The notes: generated by a model from the letters alone, not told the origin. Shown: positions 17,172 through 26,946, numbered from the stretch's first letter. The stretch: DNA of 64,000 bases from a virus (IMGVR_UViG_3300045974_000429:1-64000); one strand, 5' to 3'. Numbers and translations: made by a program.

Positions 17172-17307
17172 GAGAACCTTCTTCCTGTTGAGGATGCTCG
17201 CGGCGGCCTGGCCGACCCGCCGCAAGCGTTGAGCCCTGTCGTAAGGTGCCCGGCGCGACCGGGGGGAGTAGCCGCGCCGCCTGACCTGCCGGGAGAGCGA
17301 GAGAAGC

Positions 17308-18084
17308 CTACTCCTCGGCGTCCTCGTCCGCCAAGTCCTGGGCGGTCCGCCTGGGCTGCGCGAGGGGGGCCGACGGCTTGGGCTTGGAGGCAAGCTGGCG
17401 CGAGGGCGGGGTCACGTCCCGCGCCTCGTCGGGATCCTCGCCGAGCAGCTCCAGGATCTCGGCGGTGGACCGCGGCATCGCGTACTGCGCGAGGTTCGCC
17501 TGGGCCTCGATCCACTCCAGCTCGCCGAGCGGGGAGGACTGCCGCGCCGGCGCCACGAAATACTCCGTGTCCATGCCCGAGCCCTTCCGGGTCAGGATCA
17601 CGTCGAACCCGTTGATCGGATCCGTGAAGTCGCCGCCCGCGTCCTCGTCGGTGCGGAGCTGGAGGAGCTGCGTCCAGACGCTCTTCCCGAAGGCGATCTT
17701 CTGCGGCCCCAGGTCCGGTGCGTTGCGGTTGATCACGTTCGCGAACACCCGCAACTTGGCTGCCATGTCACTGGCCGCCTTGCGGTCGGCTCCGACGCCC
17801 GTCGCCCGGAGCTGCTCGACCCGGTCGCAGGCCGGGCACTGCATCTTGGCGTGAGCCCGCGGGCAGGCGAACCCGCCCGACTTCCCCTCCGGGCTCTTGA
17901 TGAAGTGCTGCTGCACCTTCACGAACGGGTGCGCCTGCCCCTCCTTGGGCGGGAGGAAGCGCAGCACGTTGCGCCCCTCCTCGATCTTCATGAACTCCCC
18001 ACCCGACGCCTTCGCCGCCTCTTCGACGTCGCTGGCGGCCGCCTCCGGCGTCCACGTCCCGTACTTGATCATGCTCTGTCCCAT
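17308..18084 (-). CDS. gp32-like single-stranded DNA-binding protein
   Basis: LRFLPP, H...CP...CPAC zinc ligands, FTDPINGFD, acidic C-terminal tail. Confidence 0.8.
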   Translation of the reverse strand: MGQSMIKYGTWTPEAAASDVEEAAKASGGEFMKIEEGRNVLRFLPPKEGQAHPFVKVQQHFIKSPEGKSGGFACPRAHAKMQCPACDRVEQLRATGVGADRKAASDMAAKLRVFANVINRNAPDLGPQKIAFGKSVWTQLLQLRTDEDAGGDFTDPINGFDVILTRKGSGMDTEYFVAPARQSSPLGELEWIEAQANLAQYAMPRSTAEILELLGEDPDEARDVTPPSRQLASKPKPSAPLAQPRRTAQDLADEDAEE

Positions 18085-18170
18085 CGCTCTCTCCTCTAGC
18101 CTCTGGCCGTCTCGGGCCTGTGGCGCCCCTGAGTTTCCCGCGCAGCCGGGGCGAGCCGCGCGAGGTGCTT

Positions 18171-18695
18171 CTAGGCGTTGCGCGCCAGCGCGGAGCGCAG
18201 GAGCGGGTCCGACATCTCGCTACGCAACTTGGCGCCGATGCTCTGGAGCATGTCCTTCTTGGCTTCCAGCGCGGAGACGACGCCGCGGAGCCGGGTGCGC
18301 TCCACCTCGGCCTCCAGCTCCGCGAGCCGCACCTCGTGGTAGCGCGGATCGGACACCATCCGCGCCCGGACGATCTCGCCAGCCGGCTCCCTGCCCGCCG
18401 ACTCGCCCTTGTCCTTCGCGCCGGCGGAGGCCAGCTTCGCGGCGCGCCACTCGGTCAAGGCCGTCTCGCGGACCTCCAGGAGCAACACCGCCTCCGCGCG
18501 CTCCGCGTCGAGCTTCGCGAGGAGGTGCGCCTTGTGCGCCCGCGCGTACCGCTCGTTCCAGTAGGCGAGATCCGCAGCGATGCGGATGAACTCCTCGTCG
18601 AGCGCCTCCGGTTCCACGTTGACGCTGTCGTAGAGGTAGGCATCGACTTCGACCTCTCCGCCCTTCGGCCCCAAGCTTCTGGTTGCTGTTCCCAT
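18171..18695 (-). CDS. UvsY-like recombination mediator (putative)
   Basis: Helical protein ending LEAKKDMLQSIGAKLRSEM, next to SSB and RecA; ATG 6 nt after the 27-bp motif. Confidence 0.55.
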   Translation of the reverse strand: MGTATRSLGPKGGEVEVDAYLYDSVNVEPEALDEEFIRIAADLAYWNERYARAHKAHLLAKLDAERAEAVLLLEVRETALTEWRAAKLASAGAKDKGESAGREPAGEIVRARMVSDPRYHEVRLAELEAEVERTRLRGVVSALEAKKDMLQSIGAKLRSEMSDPLLRSALARNA

Positions 18696-18701
18696 GACCC
18701 A

Positions 18702-18728
18702 ATCCTTGCGCGGTCCGCGCGAAATCAC
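18702..18728 (-). promoter_or_regulatory. 27-bp phage promoter-like motif, copy 4
   Basis: Minus strand GTGATTTCGCGCGGACCGCGCAAGGAT-N6-ATG. Confidence 0.65.
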
Positions 18729-21409
18729 TGCGTCGCTCGCTTGTGCGCCGACGCCGCGAGCCACTTGTCCAGAGGAATCATGCTCGCCCAGGTGAGCCCG
18801 GCCTTCACGTCCGCGTCGAGCGGCACCTCACCGGAGTCCCAGGAGAGCATCACCGCCTTCACCGTAGCAGCCACCTCCGACACGTCCGCGATCTTGCACT
18901 CCAAGAGCAGCGAGTCGTGGACCGGAAGGATGAGCTTCGCCGGCAGGCCCTCCTCCTCGATCAACCGAACGACCTCGCCGAGCGAGCGCAGGAGGAAGTC
19001 CGACCCGGTGCCCTGGATCGGCGTGTTGTAGCTGCTCCGCTCCGGCGTGCCGCGGCGCGCCTCGTCGGGGCTCCCGATGTCCCAGAGCGGGCGGCGGCGG
19101 CCGGGCCGCCCCTCCCACCACGTCTCGGCGTAGCCGTGCGTGCGCGCAAAGGCGAGCCGCTGCTTGATCCAGGCCCCGAGCACCCGGTAGCGCCCGAGGA
19201 TGGCGTCGAGCGCCGCCTGGGCCACCTGGACGCTCGTGCCGAGCGTGACGGCCATCGCCTTCGCCCCCTTGCCGTAGAGGGCGGCGAGGCCGACCGGCTT
19301 CGCCTCGTCGCGCTGGGCCTTCGTGATCTCGGCCTTCCCGTCGGGGCGGATTGGCGCCTTCGGCCACAGGTAGGGCTGGACGATCTGCGCCGTCTCACCG
19401 TGGAAATCGCGGCCCTCCACGAACACCTGTGTCAGCGCCGGATCGCCGGAGAGCAGCGCCGCGATGCAGGGCTCCAGGCGGGAATAGTCCAGCTCCAGGA
19501 GCGCGCATCCCGCCGGGGCCGCGATGCAGCGCCGGATCATCTCGCCGTCCTCCGACTTGGCGCCGGGCACGTTCTGGAGGTTCGGAGAAGCCATCGAGGT
19601 TCGGCCGGATCCGGCGCCGTCCAACAGGATGTAGCCGTGGGCGCGCCCGTCGATCCCGATGGCGCGCTCCAAGCCCTCGACGTAGGTGCCGAGCATCTTC
19701 TCGATGCGCCTGCGCTCCAGGAGGTCTTTGATCGCCGGGTGCCTGTCGCTGATCCGCGCCAGCGTCTCCTCGTCGGTCGCCGGCCGCCCGGAGTCCGTGA
19801 GCTGCGGGCAGGGGATCTTGAGCTTCTCGTAGAAGAGGGCGGCGACCTGGATCGTGGAAGACCAGTTGAAGCCGGGCTCGACGTAGGCCGCGAGCCGCGC
19901 GTCCACCTCCGCCAGCTTGCCGGTCAGGTGCGCGCGCACGAGATCCACGGCCGAGCGGTCGATGGGGACGCCCCACGCCTCCACGCGCTGCACCGCCGGG
20001 AGCGCGTGCCGCACGACCCTGTCCCAGATGCGCGCCGGGCCGGCGTTCTCCTCTCGGGCGAGCCGCTCCGAGCACCAACAGTAGAGCCGCGCCGTGGCGA
20101 GGGCGTCGCGAGCGTTGTACCGGGCGCCAAGCTCCCGCGGGAGGAGCCCGAGGGCGTAGGCGCGGACCTCCGTGCCGGACTGTGCCGCGAGCGTGAAGGC
20201 CAAGACCTCGACCCGCTCCGGGACGTGCGGGAACAGCCTGGGCAGGCAATAGTCCGAGATGTGTTGGTTGAGGAGCGTGCCCACGGCGTACATCTTGGCG
20301 CGAGCGCGGAGTTCCTTCTTGACCGCCTTCCCGATCCGCTCGACCTCCGCGTCGGCCTCCTCCTTGTGGCCCCCCATCCCGACGAGTTCGGCCATCGTGG
20401 CGATGTCGCCGTCCGCGTCGGCCTCCAAGAGCTTGCGCTGGAGGCGGACGTCCGCGTGCTGGCCGCGAACCGGGACGCCCAGGCCGCGCTCCACGGCGTG
20501 AACGTCCACAGGCAGGTTCGCGCCGACCTTGAGCACCCGACCGGATCGCATCAGGCGCTTGAGCGGCTCCGCTCTGCCATCTTGGAGGGACTCCAAAGGC
20601 CAGACCCAGACGTGCTCCGGCCCGTCGCGGTCGCAGGGGGCGCAGGCAATGTTCGTGAGGTGGAACCCCTCGCGGCCGTAGGGGCGCCCGATCCACTCGC
20701 AGTCGTAGGCGAAAATGCTCGCGTCTGCGAGGTCGAGGGCGGCCTCCTGCGCGTCGGCCTCCGTCTCCACGAGAGAGAAGGTCGCGGCCTCCGGCCCGGC
20801 AGGCACCTTGACGGAGAGCGCCCAGGCCAAGTCCTCCTGGAGCGCGAGCTGGAGGTGGCGGTTGCCGGCCGCTTGTGCCGGCGAGAGCACAACGAATACT
20901 GGGATGCCCTTCGCGGTACGCGCGAAGCTCTTGCGCGCCGAGAGCGGGGAAACCCTGCGCCCGAGAACCGCCTCCGCTGCCGCGGCACCCAGGCAGACGA
21001 TCCTGTCCGGCAGCTCGTCGTCCACGACCCAGGCGAGGTAGCCGCGGCAGGCGTCCAGGTGCTTCTCGGACACCTCCGCGGAGCCCGGAGCGCAGCGCAC
21101 GGCGGAGGTGATCACCGAGCGCCCGGCGCCAAGCGGCAGCACCCGCTTGAGCAGGTCGAACGCGGCGCCGTGCCCGAGTGCCCCGACGCGATCCTCCTCC
21201 CGACTCGGGCGCTCTGCGACGAACAGCGCGCCGCCGGTTCCGGGAGCCGTCTCGATGGGCGGCAGGCAGCAGCTCCTCGCGCCCTCCCGCAGCGAGCACC
21301 GGAAACACCCCTCGTCTCGCGGGAGGCGCGGCGCAACGTCGATGGCGGCGGCCGAGCCCCCTTCCGCGAGGGGCTTTCCGGCGAGGTAGAGCGGGAGGCG
21401 CGAGGTCAT
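18725..21409 (-). CDS. Family A DNA polymerase with N-terminal uracil-DNA-glycosylase-like domain
   Basis: CFRCSL...FVAERP...ED...SAVRC (UDG family 4-like), YDCE exonuclease motif, SPNLQNVP, LDYSRLE, K..GLAALYG, NTPIQGT, VHDS. Confidence 0.92.
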   Translation of the reverse strand: MTSRLPLYLAGKPLAEGGSAAAIDVAPRLPRDEGCFRCSLREGARSCCLPPIETAPGTGGALFVAERPSREEDRVGALGHGAAFDLLKRVLPLGAGRSVITSAVRCAPGSAEVSEKHLDACRGYLAWVVDDELPDRIVCLGAAAAEAVLGRRVSPLSARKSFARTAKGIPVFVVLSPAQAAGNRHLQLALQEDLAWALSVKVPAGPEAATFSLVETEADAQEAALDLADASIFAYDCEWIGRPYGREGFHLTNIACAPCDRDGPEHVWVWPLESLQDGRAEPLKRLMRSGRVLKVGANLPVDVHAVERGLGVPVRGQHADVRLQRKLLEADADGDIATMAELVGMGGHKEEADAEVERIGKAVKKELRARAKMYAVGTLLNQHISDYCLPRLFPHVPERVEVLAFTLAAQSGTEVRAYALGLLPRELGARYNARDALATARLYCWCSERLAREENAGPARIWDRVVRHALPAVQRVEAWGVPIDRSAVDLVRAHLTGKLAEVDARLAAYVEPGFNWSSTIQVAALFYEKLKIPCPQLTDSGRPATDEETLARISDRHPAIKDLLERRRIEKMLGTYVEGLERAIGIDGRAHGYILLDGAGSGRTSMASPNLQNVPGAKSEDGEMIRRCIAAPAGCALLELDYSRLEPCIAALLSGDPALTQVFVEGRDFHGETAQIVQPYLWPKAPIRPDGKAEITKAQRDEAKPVGLAALYGKGAKAMAVTLGTSVQVAQAALDAILGRYRVLGAWIKQRLAFARTHGYAETWWEGRPGRRRPLWDIGSPDEARRGTPERSSYNTPIQGTGSDFLLRSLGEVVRLIEEEGLPAKLILPVHDSLLLECKIADVSEVAATVKAVMLSWDSGEVPLDADVKAGLTWASMIPLDKWLAASAHKRATQ

Positions 21410-21412
21410 CGG

Positions 21413-22189
21413 CTAGGCTCCCACGACCTTGGAGTCGGCCTCGGAGCCCAGGATCTCCAGCATCCGTGTGACGCGGTCCTCCATGCGCGGGATCTTGGCG
21501 AGCTTCGGAACGTCCGCCCGGAGCGCCTCGCAGACGGCGGTGAGCATCCGCGGCGCCTTCACGCCCTGGTCCTGGAGGAACACGATGATCTCCTTGATCG
21601 TCGCCTCGACGAGCTTCGCCGCCGGGATCAGCTCCTTCACCGCCTGGACGCAGGCCGCGACGTCCACGTCCGCCGGCTCACCCTCCCTCGCGAGCCGCTC
21701 ACCCTCGGTCGGCTCCGCGGCGGCGGCCATCTGCGGGGCGGGGGCGGCCTGCTGCGCGACGACGGGCTCCGGGTGGGCCTCCGGGGCGGGCGCCGCCGGA
21801 ACCTCCGCAGACGCGACCAAGGGCGGCTCCTTGGGCTTGTTCTTGGATCCGGGCGGGCGGCCGGGTCCGCGCTTCACCGGCTGCTCCTGGGCGGGCGCGG
21901 GGGCGGCCGCCTCCGGCTGGGGCGCCGCGATGGCGGGCTCCGGGTGGGCCTCGGGAACCTTGGGCACCGACACCTTCACCTCGACGCCGCTCATCATCGC
22001 GGCGCGAGCGCCCTCCACCGTCCGCAGGATGAACTCCGCCTCCACGTGGTTCTGGACGAAGAACGTCAGCGTGACCGGGAACTCGTCATCGTCATCGTTG
22101 CCCAGCACCTCCGCGCGCCGGCACTGCACGTCGGCGCCCAACTTCTCCCAATCGATCTCGAACTCTGCTTCCAGCACCCGCATTTTCAT
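21413..22189 (-). CDS. Pro/Ala-rich protein with an AT-hook-like motif
   Basis: KRGPGRPPGSKNK; duplicated PEAHPEP; AGGAG RBS. Confidence 0.7.
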   Translation of the reverse strand: MKMRVLEAEFEIDWEKLGADVQCRRAEVLGNDDDDEFPVTLTFFVQNHVEAEFILRTVEGARAAMMSGVEVKVSVPKVPEAHPEPAIAAPQPEAAAPAPAQEQPVKRGPGRPPGSKNKPKEPPLVASAEVPAAPAPEAHPEPVVAQQAAPAPQMAAAAEPTEGERLAREGEPADVDVAACVQAVKELIPAAKLVEATIKEIIVFLQDQGVKAPRMLTAVCEALRADVPKLAKIPRMEDRVTRMLEILGSEADSKVVGA

Positions 22190-22217
22190 CTACGCTCCTG
22201 GTTGATTGCCTGAAATG

Positions 22218-22244
22218 ATCCTTGCGCGGTCAGTCGGAAATTAC
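22218..22244 (-). promoter_or_regulatory. 27-bp phage promoter-like motif, copy 5
   Basis: Minus strand GTAATTTCCGACTGACCGCGCAAGGAT, followed by a leader with its own AGGAG. Confidence 0.65.
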
Positions 22245-23084
22245 CCGCCGCGCCTCCTCGAAAAGCCAATTTCGATCCACTTGGTCGGGGTCTTTCTTCG
22301 GCGGCAGCCTCACGGAGCCGGCCCGGATCCCGTCGAGCCGCAACTTCATCGCCAGCGCCCACCCCTCCTCGTGCGCATCGCCGTCCAGAACCACGGCCAC
22401 GGGTCGGCGGGCGGTCGTCTTGATGATCCAGAGCTGCTCCTCGGTTGGCTTCCCGAGCACCGCCACGGCGTCGCCGACGAACGGGAGCGCATCGAACACC
22501 CCCTCGGTGATCATGACCGGGGTTTCCGTCTCCCGGCGCAGGGCATCCGCACCGAAGAGAACGTCGCCGCGCCAGTTGCCTCGCGCGTTCAGGTATTTTT
22601 TCTCGGCCTTGCCGGTGAAGTCGCGCGCGACCCAACCGCGCCAGTTGCCGTCCACCAGCACGGGAACGACCACTCGGCCGGCGTGGCGCCCGCTGCCGAG
22701 TACGCACCCGATCTGGAGCTTCCTGGCCGTCTCCGGGCTCACGCCGCGCTTCTGGAGGTACGCTCTCGCCGGCTTGGCCGAGAACGCTCGCAGCCCGTCA
22801 CCTTCACCCAGCGGCAGGAAACCATCCGGCGGCCGGCGCGCCTCCGAGTCGTCGGGGGGCGGAGTCTTGACGGCCTCCTGGAGCGCGTCGTCGTCAGCCT
22901 CCAGGCTCCCGCCGGTGTGACACCTGAAACAGTGCCAGTGGCCGGTGCTCGGCTGAATCGAGAACGTCGGATCTGGGCGAGCGGGAACGCAGAACGGGCA
23001 GGCGCCGCGCCACCACCCGGAGGCCCGAGGCTTAGCCTCCCTGGCCGCCGCGCGGGCTAGATCCAGCTTCTCCTCCAACCTCAC
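22230..23084 (-). CDS. DNA primase (zinc finger + TOPRIM)
   Basis: CPFC...HCFRC, KYLN, ITEGVFDA, LDGD, KKDP; GTGA overlap. Confidence 0.88.
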   Translation of the reverse strand: MRLEEKLDLARAAAREAKPRASGWWRGACPFCVPARPDPTFSIQPSTGHWHCFRCHTGGSLEADDDALQEAVKTPPPDDSEARRPPDGFLPLGEGDGLRAFSAKPARAYLQKRGVSPETARKLQIGCVLGSGRHAGRVVVPVLVDGNWRGWVARDFTGKAEKKYLNARGNWRGDVLFGADALRRETETPVMITEGVFDALPFVGDAVAVLGKPTEEQLWIIKTTARRPVAVVLDGDAHEEGWALAMKLRLDGIRAGSVRLPPKKDPDQVDRNWLFEEARRVISD

Positions 23085-23671
23085 CGATGCAGCTCCGGCC
23101 AGAGCTGCGCGAACGCTCGCGCGAACTCCGCCCGAGCCTGCTTCCAGGGTAGCGGCCGCACGTCGAACCGCACCGGGTCCAAGACCGCACCGAGCACGTG
23201 CCACGGCGCCGGCCGAGTCACCTCCGGGAAAAATTGCGCCGCCTCGGAGACGAGCAGGTCCAGGTCGGCCTGCTTCACGTCCGGCGGCTCCTCGCCGACG
23301 AGTCCGAACCTCTCCGCCACGGCCCGCATGATTTTTTCCTCGCAGCGCCGGAACTCGACCATCTCGGGCTGGCTCTTGAGCGGCTTCGGCATGTCGCCGA
23401 TGTACGCCTCCGCCGCATCGTGGAGCAGGCCCCAGCGGGCGACGTTGATCCGCTCCGCTTCGAGCATCCCGGCGGAGAGGCTATACGCCCGTCTGGAGAC
23501 GAGCACGCTGTGCTGTGCGACCGAGTAGGGCTCGGGGGCGTGGCCGTTGTAGCGGTTCACGCAGGCGAGCGCGTGGGCGATGTCGGGGAGCTTGATGTCT
23601 TCCGGCCGCGGGTCGAGCGGCCAGAACATGAAGCCGCGGTAGGTCTGGGTCCAGCTTCCTTTTCGCGTCAC
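23081..23671 (-). CDS. HD-domain phosphohydrolase (YfbR-like deoxynucleotidase)
   Basis: DIAHALA..NRYNGH, YSVAQHS, LLHDAAEAYIGD. Confidence 0.88.
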   Translation of the reverse strand: MTRKGSWTQTYRGFMFWPLDPRPEDIKLPDIAHALACVNRYNGHAPEPYSVAQHSVLVSRRAYSLSAGMLEAERINVARWGLLHDAAEAYIGDMPKPLKSQPEMVEFRRCEEKIMRAVAERFGLVGEEPPDVKQADLDLLVSEAAQFFPEVTRPAPWHVLGAVLDPVRFDVRPLPWKQARAEFARAFAQLWPELHR

Positions 23672-25047
23672 GTCGTTCCTCCCGAGGCCGCCGGAGCGGC
23701 GGGTCCGAACCTCACGATGGGGCCGATGGCGGCGCAGGCGAGATCGAGCGGGATCGGCCCGCTCGATCCGCACGCCTTGCCGGTGCGATTCTTCGGCAGA
23801 AAAAACTCGATGCTCATCTGGTCCTCGGCGATCTCCGCCACGAGGAGCTTGTCACAGACGCGCGCCTTGCCCATTCCGTCCGCGAGATCATCCGTCCCGA
23901 TCCGCTTGCGCTTCGCGCCTGTGCTGGACACGCCCTTGGGCTGGCTCACCGTCCAGCCCCAGCACTGCAGCTCGTCGTGGACGAGCCGGCGCAGCTCCGT
24001 GAACACCCGCTTCACCCGCTCGTGGCCGGGCACCTCCTGGCGCGTCTGCGGAATGGTCAAGTCGTCGGCCGAGTCCACGACGAGCAGGTCCACGTCCCGC
24101 CCCTGATCGCGGGAGAGGTCGCGACACCAGCGCCCGATCTCGCCGACGGTCGTCGCACCAGGCGTGAAGTAACGCACCGCCACGCCGCCCCCCGTCGCCG
24201 CCTGCCGCGCCTTCAGCAGCTTCGCGGCCCGGTCCCGCCCGTCGCCGGGCTTCAGCAGCGCGTCGATGGGGATGCCCGTCATGTTCGCGACGACCCGCGC
24301 GTGCCAGATCGCCACGCTGACCTCCGTCGTCGCCACGGCCACGAACCGCCCGTCGTAGGCCGCCTGCCCCGCGAAGTGCGCCAGGGTCATGCTCTTGCCT
24401 CTCCCGGTCGCGAGGGAGACGAGTCCCAGCTCGCGCTTCGGGAGGCCGCCGCCGAGCAGGTCGTCCAACTCCATCACGCCCGTGAAGAGCAGCGCCTGAT
24501 GCGCCTCCTCGTCGGCCTCCGCCCAGGCTGCCGCGTCGCCCAGGAGCACACCCGATGACTCCTCCGCGCTGCCCAAGCGCTCCGCCTTCTCCAGCAGCTC
24601 CGCGACGACCGCGAGCGGCTTCCTGTTCGCGTAGGCGTCCATCCCGGCCTTCAGGGCCGCCGACTCCTGGCGGCGCCGCAGCTCCTTCGCGAGCTGCGCC
24701 ACGACGGACTCCACGTCCGGGGGCGGGAACATCTCGTCGAAGGCGTCGAAGTAGGCGCCGGCCGCGGCGAGCTGCTCGTGCGTCGCCTTGCCCTCGTTCA
24801 TCCTCCGGCGGAGATGCTGAAGAACGTAGGTCGGCGAGCCGGGAACGCCGCGCTCCGCGGCGACCTCGTGCGCCGCCTGCGCGACGGTCTTCGCATCCGC
24901 GGAACCGAGGCAGGCCGGGTCGATGGCGTGGCCGACTCGGCGATAGAAGCCCGCATCCGAGCAGGCGAGCCCGACCGCCTCGCGCTCGAACTTCGGGTCC
25001 AGGTTGTAGGGGTCAGCTTTCGGGGCCTTCACGAGCGCGAGCGCCAT
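23668..25047 (-). CDS. DnaB-like replicative helicase
   Basis: FTGVMELDDLLGGGL, ATGRGKS, LLVVDSAD, TVSQ, KNRTG. Confidence 0.85.
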   Translation of the reverse strand: MALALVKAPKADPYNLDPKFEREAVGLACSDAGFYRRVGHAIDPACLGSADAKTVAQAAHEVAAERGVPGSPTYVLQHLRRRMNEGKATHEQLAAAGAYFDAFDEMFPPPDVESVVAQLAKELRRRQESAALKAGMDAYANRKPLAVVAELLEKAERLGSAEESSGVLLGDAAAWAEADEEAHQALLFTGVMELDDLLGGGLPKRELGLVSLATGRGKSMTLAHFAGQAAYDGRFVAVATTEVSVAIWHARVVANMTGIPIDALLKPGDGRDRAAKLLKARQAATGGGVAVRYFTPGATTVGEIGRWCRDLSRDQGRDVDLLVVDSADDLTIPQTRQEVPGHERVKRVFTELRRLVHDELQCWGWTVSQPKGVSSTGAKRKRIGTDDLADGMGKARVCDKLLVAEIAEDQMSIEFFLPKNRTGKACGSSGPIPLDLACAAIGPIVRFGPAAPAASGGTT

Positions 25048-25053
25048 ACCTCA

Positions 25054-26832
25054 TCACCTCCCAGCGGCACGATGTGCCGAGTCCCAGACGAATACGCCCT
25101 CTTCGACCTGCCGGCGAAGGGCCTGCTCGGATCCTTGCGCGGCCGCACCGATTTTCTTTCGCGCCGCCTCCAGGCTCGCGCACCCGTTGCGGAACTCCGC
25201 CGCGACCGCGGCGCGCTGCGCATCCAGGTCGCCCTCGGCGCAGGCGGACACCCCGGACGCCATCCGCCGCCAGCGGGCGTAGAGGGCCTTCGCCTCCTCC
25301 GTGCTCGGCAGCGGGGTGCCCCCCTCGCAGCGGTCGCGGTGCTCCAGCATCTCGTCGAGCCCGCGGCCCTCCATCCAGCGAACCATGAAAACGTTCTCCA
25401 GGCGCGGCGCGGTATTCGGGCCATTCTTTTCGCGGTGCTCGTTGAACCGCCAGTTGACCCAGGAAATTGGAGCCACCTCGCGATCTCGCAGGAGCTTGCC
25501 AGCCTGGAGCAGGACTGTCCTGGAGCTGGGGCGGAGCTTCAACCAGCATTTCCCGAGCCGATGCTGGTGGACGCACTGGTAGGCGGCGAAGAGTTTTTTG
25601 ACGACCTGCTCGTCGGAATCCGTCGCCAGGAGCCTCGGAGCCGGCGGGAGTTTGGCTCGCGCCGGGAATGGAAACTCCGGCGGCATGCTGAGACGAGCCA
25701 GCCGGGTGGGCAGCGGGGTGACGGGAATAACTGGCCGGGTGGGGGTCGGGCCGGAGATGCTCGGCGTGCTTTTAGCCCTAGCGACGGGCGCCGGATTTTT
25801 CGGCGCCTGGGATCTGAGCGTAGCGAAGATCTCTAGCTTCTTTTCTTTACTCGGGTCGCGGTTTTGATTCTCGATCAAGCTGGGCGCGGGTTTGCGCGCC
25901 CCCCCTTCCGGCGCGGATTCGGGGGGGATCGCCGGCACCGGAGCTTCCGGCCTTGTCGTCTTTGATTCCGGCCCTATCGCTTTTGATTGCAGATCCTCGG
26001 AAGCACGCAGCTTCCCGGGAAATGCCCCTATCGCTTTTGATTCTCGCGGGGGCGGCGCGGCCGAGCCGCGAGAAATATTCCAAGAATTGTTTTCCGCCTC
26101 TCGAACCTTTGATTCAGGCCCTATCGCTTTTGATTGCACCTCGCTGGAAGCAGGCGCTTTTTCTGAGTCGGGGCCTGTCGCTTTTGATTTCCTGCCAGCA
26201 CCCTTCCTGGCGCCGCCGGAGAAGCCGACCCCGGCGAGCAGCGCGGCTTGAGCTTTCGGGGGGAGGCGGACCCGGTCGTAGGGGAGCCGCTCGCCCATGG
26301 CCTCGACGCGGCGAACCCACATCATGCGGTGGCCGTCCGGGTGGTTCCGATCTGGCATGTCGAGGTAGGCGAGCCCGCGACCGGACGGCGCGTCGAGGTC
26401 CTGCGGCAGCTTGAAGTCCTTCGGGGGCGGCCAGAGATCCTTGTCCTTTGGAAGCTGTGGGCGGTACTCCAGCCAGCCGAGGCGGTAGAGCCGGGCATAG
26501 GCGCGGTGGACGGACGTCACGCTCATCCCGAGGATGCGCGCCACGGCCTCGTGGGTCTGCGTGCTGTAGGGCATGGAGAAGGTCTTGCGCCGCTGGAGGT
26601 GATCCCACACCCTCCAGGCCATCCTCTGCCACTTCTTGACGCCTGCTTCGGACAACTCCGAGCCGGCTTCCACTAGATACGGTGCTGGTGCGCCCACACG
26701 GCCCCTCCTTGAATGAGGACCGGACCGGATGGAACCCTTTGGGGCGGCAGGGCGGGCTAGAGTGGGTGTCGGCTGGCACCCTCTGGACCCTGACGCCTTG
26801 TGGACGATGGGTCCGACCCGGCCCTCATTCAA
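25054..26832 (-). CDS. Putative replication initiator (winged HTH) with internal iterons
   Basis: THEAVARILGMSVTSVHRAYARLYRLGWL HTH, upstream of the helicase, iteron-encoded SKAIG repeats; true start may be near 26622. Confidence 0.65.
   Translation of the reverse strand: MNEGRVGPIVHKASGSRGCQPTPTLARPAAPKGSIRSGPHSRRGRVGAPAPYLVEAGSELSEAGVKKWQRMAWRVWDHLQRRKTFSMPYSTQTHEAVARILGMSVTSVHRAYARLYRLGWLEYRPQLPKDKDLWPPPKDFKLPQDLDAPSGRGLAYLDMPDRNHPDGHRMMWVRRVEAMGERLPYDRVRLPPKAQAALLAGVGFSGGARKGAGRKSKATGPDSEKAPASSEVQSKAIGPESKVREAENNSWNISRGSAAPPPRESKAIGAFPGKLRASEDLQSKAIGPESKTTRPEAPVPAIPPESAPEGGARKPAPSLIENQNRDPSKEKKLEIFATLRSQAPKNPAPVARAKSTPSISGPTPTRPVIPVTPLPTRLARLSMPPEFPFPARAKLPPAPRLLATDSDEQVVKKLFAAYQCVHQHRLGKCWLKLRPSSRTVLLQAGKLLRDREVAPISWVNWRFNEHREKNGPNTAPRLENVFMVRWMEGRGLDEMLEHRDRCEGGTPLPSTEEAKALYARWRRMASGVSACAEGDLDAQRAAVAAEFRNGCASLEAARKKIGAAAQGSEQALRRQVEEGVFVWDSAHRAAGR
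25829..26192. repeat. Putative replication origin: iteron array plus AT-rich patch
   Basis: CCTRTCGCTTTTGATT at 25973, 26027, 26120 and 26174; degenerate copies at 25853, 25952 and 26099; AT-rich stretch 25829-25850. Confidence 0.8.
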
Positions 26833-26946
26833 GGAGGGACGGAAGCTACTCTAGTCCACCTCGACTCGCCGCGCAAGGGTTCCAATCCTGCGCCCGATCC
26901 GAAGATGTCTTTCGACCCTATAGCACCTCGCCAGAAAGATCTACCC

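Noticed and set aside
18743-22213. Very long plus-strand ORFs (e.g. 1156 aa here; also 11090-12934, 47789-49369, 50803-52419)
   Set aside because: Antisense shadows of real minus-strand genes in high-GC DNA; no motifs or RBS.
25921-25927. G7 run in the initiator gene as a slippage site
   Set aside because: Short, the frame is intact, and such runs are expected at this GC content.
25850-26192. Spaced short repeats considered as a CRISPR array
   Set aside because: Repeats are about 16 bp, irregularly spaced, inside an ORF, and no cas genes are present; iterons fit better.
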